The notes below the pieces were generated by a model. That model worked only from the letters and a program-made list of their open reading frames with translations. It made no database searches and had not been told where the DNA came from. From sequence record PP777464.1: DNA of 64,000 bases, one strand, 5' to 3'. Positions 1 through 9,418 of the stretch are shown here, piece after piece; the stretch's first letter is position 1; each line of letters begins with the position of its first letter. Position numbers and translations under genes: made by a program.

Positions 1-1
1 A

Positions 2-145
2 CAATTACTAATCGATTCATCAACATGGCATAATAGGGAAAATTTTGCCACTGAAACTTTTCAGTACTCGGTATCTGAACCAAAGTCTCCATTTGATTTT
101 GTGTTTGTTAATAACATCCTTTTACGTTTTGGGGTAGGAGTCTAA
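2..145 (+). CDS. partial CDS (5' end outside window), EExxFQxS family
   Basis: Frame from nt 2 reads ...NFATETFQYSVSEP...GVGV* (TAA 143-145). Confidence 0.6.
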   Translation, partial: QLLIDSSTWHNRENFATETFQYSVSEPKSPFDFVFVNNILLRFGVGV

Positions 146-147
146 AT

Positions 148-501
148 ATGCTAATTTATTTGAGTGTTCTTGTTATTTCATTACTGGTATCATTAGCAGT
201 ACTGAAAGTTGTTGCTATCGGTCGTAGTAAAATTGATAGTACTGAAACCAGTTCTGTGTTGGACCTAATTATGGATCATCCAAAGATCTGTACTGGGATT
301 GTTGTGTTTGTTCTTCTTATAGGAACATTCATTGTACGTACACATTTATACAATATGTATGACTGTAGTGTTCGTTCAATTTCCCAGGGTGTTGAAACCG
401 ACTATAGCTGGTACTATGAGAAATGTCGCTTCAAAAACCAGCATGGTATTTGGGTTGATTTTGATAAACTGCGTGGCACACCATCTGGTGAAGAAGAGTA
501 A
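148..501 (+). CDS. hypothetical membrane protein (2 TM)
   Basis: RBS AGGAG; two hydrophobic segments. Confidence 0.75.
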   Translation: MLIYLSVLVISLLVSLAVLKVVAIGRSKIDSTETSSVLDLIMDHPKICTGIVVFVLLIGTFIVRTHLYNMYDCSVRSISQGVETDYSWYYEKCRFKNQHGIWVDFDKLRGTPSGEEE

Positions 502-503
502 TT

Positions 504-995
504 ATGTTTGAATTTCCTGAAGAGTCATTTAACTATATTGACCCTACTGATGACGGATACAGACACATTAATATCTATAGTAAAGCTAAAACTAAGTTAG
601 GTAGGGATCTATCTAACTTTTCGTCACATAGTTTTACCTTAGAACCATACGGTTGGTTCCCATCGGTAGAAACTTTTTATTTTTGGTTTTTAACAGGCCA
701 GAAACATGATGATCTTAGAAAAGTGTCGGGTGCTGCTGCAAAAGCAGCGGCGAACAAGTATATGCACGACCGTATTGAAATGACACCCGAATGCATTTCT
801 CGTATCCAGGATGCAATATGTGCTAAGATATTTCAAAACCCAGAACTTGCTGAACGATTGAGGAAAAGTAAGTTACCCTTCTATCATTACTATGTTTATG
901 GTGGGAAGGTGGTTGATGTATCTGATGAACATGACTGGTTTGTTAAAACATTCGAAGATATAAGAATTGTTTTGAAGGAGAACCACAATGAGTAA
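504..995 (+). CDS. NADAR-family (YbiA/T4 gp30.3-like) protein
   Basis: LSNFSSHSF...FPSVETFYF and AKIFQNPELAERL match NADAR motifs (SNF...SVEHYFQ; AKFxQNxxL). Confidence 0.7.
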   Translation: MFEFPEESFNYIDPTDDGYRHINIYSKAKTKLGRDLSNFSSHSFTLEPYGWFPSVETFYFWFLTGQKHDDLRKVSGAAAKAAANKYMHDRIEMTPECISRIQDAICAKIFQNPELAERLRKSKLPFYHYYVYGGKVVDVSDEHDWFVKTFEDIRIVLKENHNE

Positions 996-1266
996 ATGTT
1001 GGGTATGTTGTAAGCAATTCGATGAAGATTATATTATTTCTTTGGATGTATTACCACAACAATACATGATATCTTCAGGGAAATATAAACTAGATACAGT
1101 TCCAACACCTAAGTATATGGGGATTTGTCCATTGTGTAATGGGAATGGTGTATCGAATGAAGTTGTTGCATTCACAAATACACAAACTACTGATTGTGTC
1201 GCCGAATATATAAGAAAGAATCTGGCTTTTTTCACTAGGAGATTATATGAACGAGAGAATCTTTAA
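988..1266 (+). CDS. hypothetical Zn-finger protein
   Basis: CWVC...CPLC pairs. Confidence 0.65.
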   Translation: MSKCWVCCKQFDEDYIISLDVLPQQYMISSGKYKLDTVPTPKYMGICPLCNGNGVSNEVVAFTNTQTTDCVAEYIRKNLAFFTRRLYERENL

Positions 1267-1483
1267 TTCATATGATATGGAAGATTTACTAATACCATCT
1301 GATAACAGTACTGTTAAAATGCAAATGTATTGGTTAGTAAAAGATGGCAAGGTATTCCAGCACAAAGTTACAAAAGTATGGCAATGTAATAAAAACAAAT
1401 CTATAGTTGATGCACTCGCAACTGCATTTCCTGGGGTAGAGGTTGTATTTTTACCATTTGCCTACATTAAGGAAATAAAATGA
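1247..1483 (+). CDS. hypothetical protein
   Basis: ORF in operon, RBS AGGAG. Confidence 0.7.
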   Translation: MNERIFNSYDMEDLLIPSDNSTVKMQMYWLVKDGKVFQHKVTKVWQCNKNKSIVDALATAFPGVEVVFLPFAYIKEIK

Positions 1484-1623
1484 AAAAACATTGACAATAT
1501 TCGTAATACCTACTATAATGTTGTTATTGTCACTTACGGTCCCACAAGGAAATAAAATGAAAAAAACATTGACAATATTCGTAATACCTACTATAATGTT
1601 GTTATTGTCACTTACGGTCCCGC
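1469..1623 (+). repeat. tandem duplication, 77/78-bp unit containing RBS, ATG and a sigma70 promoter
   Basis: aaggaaataaaatga(6/7 A)cattgacaatattcgtaatacctactataatgttgttattgtcacttacggtccc twice. Confidence 0.95.
1491..1519 (+). promoter_or_regulatory. sigma70 promoter (copy 1; copy 2 at 1569-1597)
   Basis: TTGACA-N17-TATAAT. Confidence 0.85.
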
Positions 1624-1724
1624 AAGGGCATGTTGTGGCACTGAATGTAGTAGAAATTATTCTTCTTGTAATTCACTGCATTGTATGTTACTATTATGTA
1701 AAATCGGATGATAAAAAAATATGA
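1557..1724 (+). CDS. small membrane protein (55 aa)
   Basis: ATG of second repeat copy with RBS AAGGA; MKKTLTIFVIPTIMLLLSL...; first copy is frameshifted (MKKH*). Confidence 0.65.
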   Translation: MKKTLTIFVIPTIMLLLSLTVPQGHVVALNVVEIILLVIHCIVCYYYVKSDDKKI

Positions 1725-2143
1725 AGTACTATCGAATTCGAGTTGGTGTAAGCTCTGGTTTTAGTAATTGGGTATATTATGATTTACCTGATTGCTATAC
1801 CGTAGAAGATGTAATTGACTTATATTATGAAGAAGAGTCATGGGTATCCAGTACTGAAACACACAGTGTTGTGTGTGAAGAACTGAGTGCTGAAGATTAC
1901 AAGCACTGTACCCAAGCAATGAAGTATTACAGTAAAGATGTGAAGATGTTATCTGAAAACGTTTTTCCTGTAAAAGAATGGGCAATTTTGCTTGCAAATC
2001 CTAACAAACCTGTTAGAATAGGTTATCCAAACAATCATATGGTTTATCGAATGAATGATAAACGTGAGCTAAGTTATCAGTATGATTACAGTGCTTCTAA
2101 GTTTGGAGTTCTAAAACAATTTATGAAGGCTTATCCAGTATGA
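1721..2143 (+). CDS. hypothetical protein
   Basis: ORF, ATGA coupling. Confidence 0.7.
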   Translation: MKYYRIRVGVSSGFSNWVYYDLPDCYTVEDVIDLYYEEESWVSSTETHSVVCEELSAEDYKHCTQAMKYYSKDVKMLSENVFPVKEWAILLANPNKPVRIGYPNNHMVYRMNDKRELSYQYDYSASKFGVLKQFMKAYPV

Positions 2144-2475
2144 GCAAAGACAGCAAAGAATTTATAGTGCGTTGTAGTTGTGGCGATAATACGGAACATT
2201 GTGTTCACATTTCACAATTTGACTTGACACAAGAACATGGAGATGATAAACTTGGTCAATGTCTGGTGAGTATGCGTTTGAATCCTTTCTTAAAATGGTA
2301 CAAACGTGTATGGGTTGCATTGAAGTATATTTTCGGCGTAAACGACTTTCAATACAAAGAAGCAATGATTGATGTTGACATTCTGAAAGAAGTTGTGTTA
2401 CAATTAGAAGATACCCGCTCCGATGAGGTAAAGAAAGAAGAAAGAGATAAACGTACTGATGTGAAGGTTTTATGA
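2140..2475 (+). CDS. hypothetical protein
   Basis: ORF, ATGA coupling; CSC..EHC. Confidence 0.7.
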   Translation: MSKDSKEFIVRCSCGDNTEHCVHISQFDLTQEHGDDKLGQCLVSMRLNPFLKWYKRVWVALKYIFGVNDFQYKEAMIDVDILKEVVLQLEDTRSDEVKKEERDKRTDVKVL

Positions 2476-2666
2476 GTACTGAACTTTATGAAAAAAAGTA
2501 CTGTACAAATTGTTCAACCGAGTATACAATACAGGGTATGTTGATTTGTACAATATGCCAATCAAAACAGGCTGCCACTTTTATCGTTGATGATAGATTT
2601 GGTGATTTAAAACAGTTTAAAGCAAACCGTAATCTTCGTAACTTTAGCAATCTATATAAGGAATAA
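2472..2666 (+). CDS. small Zn-ribbon protein
   Basis: CTNC...CTIC. Confidence 0.65.
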   Translation: MSTELYEKKYCTNCSTEYTIQGMLICTICQSKQAATFIVDDRFGDLKQFKANRNLRNFSNLYKE

Positions 2667-2669
2667 CAC

Positions 2670-3098
2670 ATGAATATCGAACAAACTATCCGTAACCACT
2701 CTTTCTTCGCTGCTGAAACTGGTCGTGTAATCGAGAGCGTCAAAATTGAAGAACTGATGATTAACGTTAAATATAAAGAACTGAATGATGAGATTAGCAG
2801 CACCATTTGTGCACTACGTGCTCCATTCCGTTCTGAAGCAGCTAAGAAACCTGCCTATGTACTGGCGATTGCATTGGGTTGTGTAGTGAAATTGGTCGTT
2901 GATGAAAATCAACTAAATATCAAAGTTGCTCCAACCAACGATGAAGAAAACATCGACCTGAACTTTGAAGGTAATCTGGCTGAAGACGTATTCTTCCAAC
3001 AATCACTGGTTTATGATTTCCGTACCGTAACTCATGACCATATCAACTTTGTCAATGAGATGGTTGACATTGTAGCTGAATACGAAGCTTCCCTATAA
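2670..3098 (+). CDS. EExxFQxS family protein
   Basis: LAEDVFFQQSLVYD; RBS AAGGA; followed by terminator. Confidence 0.8.
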   Translation: MNIEQTIRNHSFFAAETGRVIESVKIEELMINVKYKELNDEISSTICALRAPFRSEAAKKPAYVLAIALGCVVKLVVDENQLNIKVAPTNDEENIDLNFEGNLAEDVFFQQSLVYDFRTVTHDHINFVNEMVDIVAEYEASL

Positions 3099-3107
3099 TT
3101 AGATTAA

Positions 3108-3135
3108 CAAAAGCCTCCGTAATGGGGGCTTTTTC
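3108..3135 (+). terminator. intrinsic terminator
   Basis: aaaagcctcc-gtaat-gggggctttt+T. Confidence 0.75.
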
Positions 3136-3154
3136 CAACATAAGGATATGAATA

Positions 3155-3706
3155 ATGATTGAACAAATTAAAATCCTAACTGAACAAATCACTGATTTTC
3201 TAGCAGATAAAGATGGATTCAGTACTGAAGTTAAAATGCATGGTGTTAGTCTCGATGTAACTGCACCAAATGGTGAAACAACCAATTATGATATGTATGA
3301 AATCCTACTTTATACATTGGCTGTTCGTAAACTTGGTAGTGATATTGAACTAAACATTAACAAAACCGAGAACGGTGACCAAGTGTTTGCAATCAACACT
3401 GGTGCACAAATGGACGTAGTAGCTGAAATCAACAAGATCAACCAATCTTTTGTGGGTTTCAAGCATGATACAATCCAATCTGTGTTCCTGGGTAAACAAA
3501 CCGGAAACAGCCACTGTCCTTATTGTGTAATGACAACCTATAAAAATGGTAACTGGATGCGTCAGGATCTAGTACTTGCAGAAATGCTTTATGCAATCAC
3601 TCACGGCCTAGAACTTGAACTTGATGATAGTGTTTACTGTTTCAAGAAAATCCGTAAACTTTCTGGTGATATACAAGCTCAATTAAAAGAATTAAATGAT
3701 AAATAA
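3155..3706 (+). CDS. hypothetical protein
   Basis: 183-aa ORF. Confidence 0.75.
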   Translation: MIEQIKILTEQITDFLADKDGFSTEVKMHGVSLDVTAPNGETTNYDMYEILLYTLAVRKLGSDIELNINKTENGDQVFAINTGAQMDVVAEINKINQSFVGFKHDTIQSVFLGKQTGNSHCPYCVMTTYKNGNWMRQDLVLAEMLYAITHGLELELDDSVYCFKKIRKLSGDIQAQLKELNDK

Positions 3707-3734
3707 TTATACCAGTAATGGTTAACATTATCAT
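3642..3734 (-). CDS. candidate antisense hydrophobic peptide (30 aa)
   Basis: RBS AGGGAGG 8 nt before ATG; MIMLTITGIIIYHLILLIELVYHQKVYGFS. Confidence 0.35.
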   Translation of the reverse strand: MIMLTITGIIIYHLILLIELVYHQKVYGFS

Positions 3735-3817
3735 GTTACTTTCCTCCCTTACATAATAATGATGCGTTATTATTTTATTGTATTATTCCCCTTTTTTGTA
3801 CAAAATCTTTTTCGTAC

Positions 3818-3845
3818 TGCCCCGACCTTCGGGGCATTTTTCTTG
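3818..3845 (+). terminator. intrinsic terminator
   Basis: GC-rich hairpin tgccc...ggggca followed by T-run. Confidence 0.7.
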
Positions 3846-3863
3846 TCTAAATTTTGAGGTTCT

Positions 3864-4259
3864 ATGAATAATACTATTGGTAGTACAATATCTAAACCAC
3901 TCTCTTATTACCTTGAAAAATTCAGAAGTACAAATGGTAAAAAATTTAATGGTATATACCAATTCTCACATAAAGAATATATCACAGTTGATTGTTATTC
4001 AAATAAACTTATGTACGTAGATGATACTGAATACTGTATGAAATTGTCATTGGATGTAGAATTAGATAAGTTAACATTTATTGAATATACATCCAAAAGA
4101 ACATCATTTCTTGGGAAATGTAATCGAAAAGTATATAAAAATATTTCAATGTACTTAAATGAAGATTACCACTTCCAACAAACAACGATTGAAGATGTTC
4201 TATTCAGTACTGAAGAATTGAAAGAACTATATTATTGGTATAAGAAATTTACAACTTGA
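3864..4259 (+). CDS. EExxFQxS family protein
   Basis: LNEDYHFQQTTIED. Confidence 0.75.
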   Translation: MNNTIGSTISKPLSYYLEKFRSTNGKKFNGIYQFSHKEYITVDCYSNKLMYVDDTEYCMKLSLDVELDKLTFIEYTSKRTSFLGKCNRKVYKNISMYLNEDYHFQQTTIEDVLFSTEELKELYYWYKKFTT

Positions 4260-4284
4260 CATTATCGTGGGTTTATCCTACACT
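4256..4284 (+). promoter_or_regulatory. sigma70 promoter
   Basis: TTGACA-N17-TACACT. Confidence 0.55.
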
Positions 4285-4314
4285 GTAAGATAATAATGCA
4301 TAGAGGATAAATTT

Positions 4315-4725
4315 ATGAGTTTAGATTTACACAATGAACTAAAATATTATTTCGATTTGGATATATCACATTTGAACCAACACGTCAATTATATGACTAG
4401 TACTATGTGGTGGTCTGATGAGTTTGATGAACCAAAAATCCAACTTTGTGGCGATCTGTCCGTTTTGAGGTTGTATGCCCTTGATTCGGAAATGAATATC
4501 AAGATCACATACATACCATACACAAACAAACTTATTGTAAACACCCTAAACCCAGTTACAGTATTGAAAATTTCTGATTTGGACACGATACAGTCAGATG
4601 AATCACTATTCCAACGTTCTTTGATTGATGATATGGGTGGTATTTTATATGAAGATATTGTACAATTGAAGAAGATGTATAGTGAATTGTTAGAAATTAA
4701 AAACACAGTAATAGTGGGGAGTTGA
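4315..4725 (+). CDS. EExxFQxS family protein
   Basis: SDESLFQRSLIDD. Confidence 0.8.
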   Translation: MSLDLHNELKYYFDLDISHLNQHVNYMTSTMWWSDEFDEPKIQLCGDLSVLRLYALDSEMNIKITYIPYTNKLIVNTLNPVTVLKISDLDTIQSDESLFQRSLIDDMGGILYEDIVQLKKMYSELLEIKNTVIVGS

Positions 4726-4726
4726 T

Positions 4727-5131
4727 ATGGTAAGTTTACTGGATATTGATAATACCAGTCTAGTACTGGCAAAAAAAGGTGTAATTCCCAATTCTACAAA
4801 AATTGATTATGCAGTTATTGAAACAAATATTGGAAATATCTGGTATGACTCCGAAAGGGATATTGTGATTAGCTGCGTAGACAGTGACCGTGCTGAGTGT
4901 TGTAGGGTTGGTCATGACGGGCAATTTATTTTCGAATTCCGTTACTGGAAAGATGCTAAATTCCATCATGAGCATGTTTCAATTACAGGTGTGTATTGCA
5001 CCGAAGAATCGTTCTTCATGGATAGTACTGTTAATGATTTTGGTTCAGTTACATTTGAGTACTATAAAAAAGTATACAACGTATCCAGAGAAGTAATGCG
5101 AATCATCAGAAATGCTGAGGGTCAAGATTAA
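4727..5131 (+). CDS. EExxFQxS family protein
   Basis: CTEESFFMDSTVND. Confidence 0.75.
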   Translation: MVSLLDIDNTSLVLAKKGVIPNSTKIDYAVIETNIGNIWYDSERDIVISCVDSDRAECCRVGHDGQFIFEFRYWKDAKFHHEHVSITGVYCTEESFFMDSTVNDFGSVTFEYYKKVYNVSREVMRIIRNAEGQD

Positions 5132-5507
5132 CATGACTACTATATATGACATTCTAGGTGACTTGAATAAAAATATAGATAATGATTTTGTTATTGTTGG
5201 AACAACACAAAATATAATTCATCTTCCATTGGGTACACCAGATAGGTTAATTTTTAATATATACGGAAAATCACTGACATACCTACACGATGGTATGGTT
5301 ATATTGGTACTTGATATTAAAGAAAATACAATACGATATGCATATGACTTCAACGATTATTGGTCAAGAACCCATAGTATTGATATTGAGGAAGATGAAC
5401 TATTTCAATTGTCGTTAATCGAGAAAAATGTAATAGGAGTTACCGAAATTGGCATTGCTAAAAAAGCATTAGAATATGTAAATAGCAAATTAAATGGTGA
5501 GCTATGA
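5112..5507 (+). CDS. EExxFQxS family protein
   Basis: EEDELFQLSLIE; start may be a few codons downstream. Confidence 0.75.
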   Translation: MLRVKINMTTIYDILGDLNKNIDNDFVIVGTTQNIIHLPLGTPDRLIFNIYGKSLTYLHDGMVILVLDIKENTIRYAYDFNDYWSRTHSIDIEEDELFQLSLIEKNVIGVTEIGIAKKALEYVNSKLNGEL

Positions 5508-5959
5508 TGAAAATTGATGAAATAAAAAATCATTTTGAAATTGCATTGTCTTGTAAATTTGATGGCTCTTATGTTCCTGATCCAGAAGAGATAATTAGAA
5601 TTTCCACATCGTTTTCGGAAGAGTACAATGTTCTTATTGAGAAAACATATGACAGTACTGAACTCGCATTTTACAATAAGAATTCACGAACAACAACATT
5701 TATATTATTATATAACACAACATCGGATATAATAGAAATTATAACATGTAAAACAAGCAAAGATATACATTATGAGACTATCTCAAATGTGAGTTATTGC
5801 TCAACTGAAGAAGGATACTTTCAGGAATCTCTTATTAAAAATTTAACAGTTAGTTATTCTGATTTAAGCACTATAATCAATTGTGTTGAAAAGCTAAATG
5901 ATTTCGTTCTATCTATGTTTGATATCACAGAGCAAAACCCGAAGGTAATCAAATGCTAA
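5504..5959 (+). CDS. EExxFQxS family protein
   Basis: STEEGYFQESLIKN. Confidence 0.8.
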   Translation: MMKIDEIKNHFEIALSCKFDGSYVPDPEEIIRISTSFSEEYNVLIEKTYDSTELAFYNKNSRTTTFILLYNTTSDIIEIITCKTSKDIHYETISNVSYCSTEEGYFQESLIKNLTVSYSDLSTIINCVEKLNDFVLSMFDITEQNPKVIKC

Positions 5960-6408
5960 ATCCAGGACAGTTTTTTCATTTACTTGGTATTACACCTATA
6001 CCGGATTTAATCAGTGAAGCGAATCAATATCGTGATATAGGAATTGTATCTATGGAATACGATTCACCTGACTTTAAATGTTACGTAACATATGATTTGG
6101 TAGCCTATGAGTCAGAAACTGAGATAAAAAAACCATCATACATTTTTGTGTTCATATATAATGATTATAGTGGTGATCTACTCAATGATGTTCATATTGA
6201 CACATTTGAAATATGTGATAATATTATAACAGATGATTCATCATGTACATTTGATTTATCAGAAAACAGTACTGAAGAGGCACTTTTTCAGTTGAGTACA
6301 GTTAGTAACACTGTACTAACTCTTGATGACATTGAGAAATTTAAAGAACAGCTTGACGCAGTACGTGAGATGTTCTATAATCATTATCCAGAAATCGAGT
6401 TCAATTAA
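5953..6408 (+). CDS. EExxFQxS family protein
   Basis: STEEALFQLSTVSN. Confidence 0.8.
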   Translation: MLNPGQFFHLLGITPIPDLISEANQYRDIGIVSMEYDSPDFKCYVTYDLVAYESETEIKKPSYIFVFIYNDYSGDLLNDVHIDTFEICDNIITDDSSCTFDLSENSTEEALFQLSTVSNTVLTLDDIEKFKEQLDAVREMFYNHYPEIEFN

Positions 6409-6422
6409 CTAAAGGTATCAAA

Positions 6423-6683
6423 ATGACTAAAGTAGTTCGTAAACGCCACATGATGAACATGGATGAATTTCGCACCTTTGACAAATACCGTACTATGTTT
6501 CGTATGCTGTCACAGGGCCGTCCAATCGTCATTGTAACGGAGAATTACATGTCACCTGAGATGATGTTCGGTAATTATGAAAAGGTCTTCATGTTGTACG
6601 TGAAGCGTGAATTGCTAACGATTAAGACCTTAGCTGAAGCTACAGATGAAGATATGGATGGTGATAATACATTTACCATGTGA
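6423..6683 (+). CDS. hypothetical protein
   Basis: ORF with RBS AAGGT. Confidence 0.7.
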   Translation: MTKVVRKRHMMNMDEFRTFDKYRTMFRMLSQGRPIVIVTENYMSPEMMFGNYEKVFMLYVKRELLTIKTLAEATDEDMDGDNTFTM

Positions 6684-6691
6684 GGAAATAT

Positions 6692-6769
6692 ATGGCAGAA
6701 AAACCAAAAGAACCGTTGGACCGTGATGATGATTTTTACGACGAACGATATGGGGAATCAGATGAGTGA
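6692..6769 (+). CDS. acidic micropeptide (25 aa)
   Basis: RBS GAGGA; MAEKPKEPLDRDDDFYDERYGESDE. Confidence 0.45.
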   Translation: MAEKPKEPLDRDDDFYDERYGESDE

Positions 6770-7013
6770 ACATCGTGCAGTACTTAAAAAGATTTTAAAT
6801 GAACTTGGTGATGAGTTTAATGTTACTGAAGAAGAATATCAATGTTGGAAGAAGGATTTCGAACTCCTTGCTGAGTATGATAAAGTCTTCAATATGATTG
6901 GTGTCATTAGCCAGTACTTACTTGGTGGTGGTCGAGCCAGTGCTTCAATTCTTGCATCTGCGATCATCTGTACTTCTCGATGGTGCGATGAAAAAAGTCT
7001 GGAAGATTTCTAA
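6762..7013 (+). CDS. hypothetical protein
   Basis: Start reassigned to ATG 6762 (RBS GGGGA). Confidence 0.65.
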   Translation: MSEHRAVLKKILNELGDEFNVTEEEYQCWKKDFELLAEYDKVFNMIGVISQYLLGGGRASASILASAIICTSRWCDEKSLEDF

Positions 7014-7065
7014 ATAAGATGCTATAATGTATTATAGTACCTTAACAATATAAAAAGGATTTTAT

Positions 7066-7926
7066 ATGAAACCTATCAGAGTACTGTCACTTTTTAATGG
7101 AATGAGCGTTGGATATATGGCATTGGCAGATGCAGGTATTCCAGTTGAAAAATATTACTCATCTGAAATTGACAAGTACGCAATTGCTGAATCTTCCGAG
7201 AATTTTCCTGATATTATCCAGTTAGGTGATGTGACTAAGTGGAAAGAATGGGATATTGAGTGGGATAAGATAGATTTACTCATGGGAGGATTCCCATGTC
7301 AAGCCTGGTCTGTTGCTGGTAAGCAAGGTGGCTTGAATGATATACGTGGACAGTTATTTTTGGTTATGGTTGATATTTTTGAGCACATCAAAAGTGTAAA
7401 TCCAAACTTGCAATTTCTGTTCGAGAATGTTAAAATGAAGGAAGATTTCAAAGAATACATTAATAGTATTTTAGGAATCACACCAGTACTGATAAATTCC
7501 CAGCATTATACGCCTCACTTCAGGCAGAGATACTACTGGTGCAGTACTGATAAGCTTTTTATACCACCTGCATTATCAAATGCCCCTAAACTTCAAGATA
7601 TCATTGAAGATGGTTGGTACACTGACAGAACCGCTTCGTACTGTATAGATGCTAACTATTTTAAGGGTGGTGATTGTAACCAGTACTTTAATAAATCAAG
7701 ACGACAGTTGGTGTTTCGTGACCCAACGATTAATCGTCAATATCTATTGGAGAATGGTAAAAGAAATATTGACTATAGACACTTAAGTGTAGTAGAATGT
7801 TGTAAATTACAGGGTATTCCTGTAGATTTCTTTAAAGTGTCTAGTAAGACACAAGCATACAAAATGCTTGGGAATGGATGGACTATGCCAGTTATATCAC
7901 ACTTACTAAGAGAGATATTCTTTTGA
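7066..7926 (+). CDS. DNA (cytosine-5)-methyltransferase
   Basis: Motif I LSLFNG, catalytic GGFPCQ, FENV, RQRYYW, motif X GNGW. Confidence 0.92.
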   Translation: MKPIRVLSLFNGMSVGYMALADAGIPVEKYYSSEIDKYAIAESSENFPDIIQLGDVTKWKEWDIEWDKIDLLMGGFPCQAWSVAGKQGGLNDIRGQLFLVMVDIFEHIKSVNPNLQFLFENVKMKEDFKEYINSILGITPVLINSQHYTPHFRQRYYWCSTDKLFIPPALSNAPKLQDIIEDGWYTDRTASYCIDANYFKGGDCNQYFNKSRRQLVFRDPTINRQYLLENGKRNIDYRHLSVVECCKLQGIPVDFFKVSSKTQAYKMLGNGWTMPVISHLLREIFF

Positions 7927-7928
7927 AC

Positions 7929-8408
7929 ATGAAGAACTACCCCACCTATACTGAACGTGTAATGAAATTTCAACGTCAGTCATCAAAGGAAGAATTAGAA
8001 TTTAATTTGTACTATCCTAATATTGGTGATGAGGTATTCTATTGTTCTCATACAAAGAATGGAACTTTACTTAAATCCGGTAAAGGTATTATTGTTGATA
8101 TGATTCGCACTTTCAAAGGTAAACTTAATGTAATGTACAAAGTACAAGATTCAAGTACTGAGTGCATTCATGAAGTGATGCATAATATACCTGCATATCC
8201 AAAGGATTTTGTTGAGCTAATATCTCGAAGGGAGAAACCTATGTTTTATTGTGGTTATGACAAACTAACCAAACAAATTATTCCTAATACTATGGGAAAA
8301 TTTAAAAGTGATGTTAAAACTGAACTTAATAAGAAATTAGGTTCATCATGGGAAACTGAAAACGAATTCATCGAAATTCGTTTGATTGAAGTTACTATAC
8401 TCGATTAA
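7929..8408 (+). CDS. hypothetical protein
   Basis: ORF; start reassigned to ATG after MTase stop. Confidence 0.7.
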   Translation: MKNYPTYTERVMKFQRQSSKEELEFNLYYPNIGDEVFYCSHTKNGTLLKSGKGIIVDMIRTFKGKLNVMYKVQDSSTECIHEVMHNIPAYPKDFVELISRREKPMFYCGYDKLTKQIIPNTMGKFKSDVKTELNKKLGSSWETENEFIEIRLIEVTILD

Positions 8409-8414
8409 TTACAG

Positions 8415-8437
8415 ATCCACGCTATGCGTGGATTTTT
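8415..8437 (+). terminator. intrinsic terminator
   Basis: atccacgc-tat-gcgtggat+TTTT. Confidence 0.75.
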
Positions 8438-8450
8438 CATAGGTGCATAT

Positions 8451-8966
8451 ATGACAGTTCCTTATGTTAAAATTATTAATAATATCCTTGATTCGTGGGA
8501 AGATGTTATTACTGGTAAAAAGAACCCAATGCCAGTACACGCACTAACCGGAAGACTACAATTCAGAACGTCAAACAAAACTGAAACTTTTAATAATCAT
8601 GATGTTCACATTACTATAAAATCACCTGTACGTATTGTAATTAAAAAAAATCAAGATGATGAATTGACATTATCTATTGGTAGTGATAAAATCATTTTGA
8701 GTAATTTATCCGAAGAAGAATTCTTTCAACGTAGTACTATCATCGATATGAAAGATTTCACATATGAATCATTGGTTGAACTCAATACACGTTTCAACGA
8801 TATTCAGGAACGATTGCGACCAATCCTCCGTAAAGAAGAGGAAGCCTGGAATGAAAGTGTAAGAAAGATGCAAGAAATGTTGAAAGAAAATATTAACAAT
8901 CTGGGTAAAGCTACAATGGAATTTGGTAAATCTTTTAAACTGAACTTTTCAAAGGATCGTAAATGA
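8451..8966 (+). CDS. EExxFQxS family protein
   Basis: LSEEEFFQRSTIID; RBS AGGT. Confidence 0.8.
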   Translation: MTVPYVKIINNILDSWEDVITGKKNPMPVHALTGRLQFRTSNKTETFNNHDVHITIKSPVRIVIKKNQDDELTLSIGSDKIILSNLSEEEFFQRSTIIDMKDFTYESLVELNTRFNDIQERLRPILRKEEEAWNESVRKMQEMLKENINNLGKATMEFGKSFKLNFSKDRK

Positions 8967-9418
8967 AAATTGATAATTTGATTCATGTCTTAGGGACTTT
9001 ACATAAAATATTATTACATCTTAACGAGATGAATAAACTAGGTTATAATGTCCATAATGTATTTGAACCTACATTTAAATATAACTCAATCACTGGAGAT
9101 GGTAATTACATAATCGAATATACATATGAAACCGATCCAGACTTCTATCCTCTTACGTTGAGAATTTATCCAACAAATCCGATAGGAATTCACGACATAT
9201 CATCAATTTCACTTGATCCAGATGGTGAAACGAGTATTGAATACAATAATGATTCAAAACCAGAATTTTACATTGATGACATTAAAAAGTTGTTCAATGA
9301 TGAATATGTTTTCCAACAAAGTACTGTGCATGATGTTGGTAGTACTACTGGGCAATTTTGGAATACATGTTATTATCATATGATTGAAATTTGTAAATTA
9401 CTAAAAGGTGTTGAATAA
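8963..9418 (+). CDS. EExxFQxS family protein
   Basis: FNDEYVFQQSTVHD. Confidence 0.8.
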   Translation: MKIDNLIHVLGTLHKILLHLNEMNKLGYNVHNVFEPTFKYNSITGDGNYIIEYTYETDPDFYPLTLRIYPTNPIGIHDISSISLDPDGETSIEYNNDSKPEFYIDDIKKLFNDEYVFQQSTVHDVGSTTGQFWNTCYYHMIEICKLLKGVE

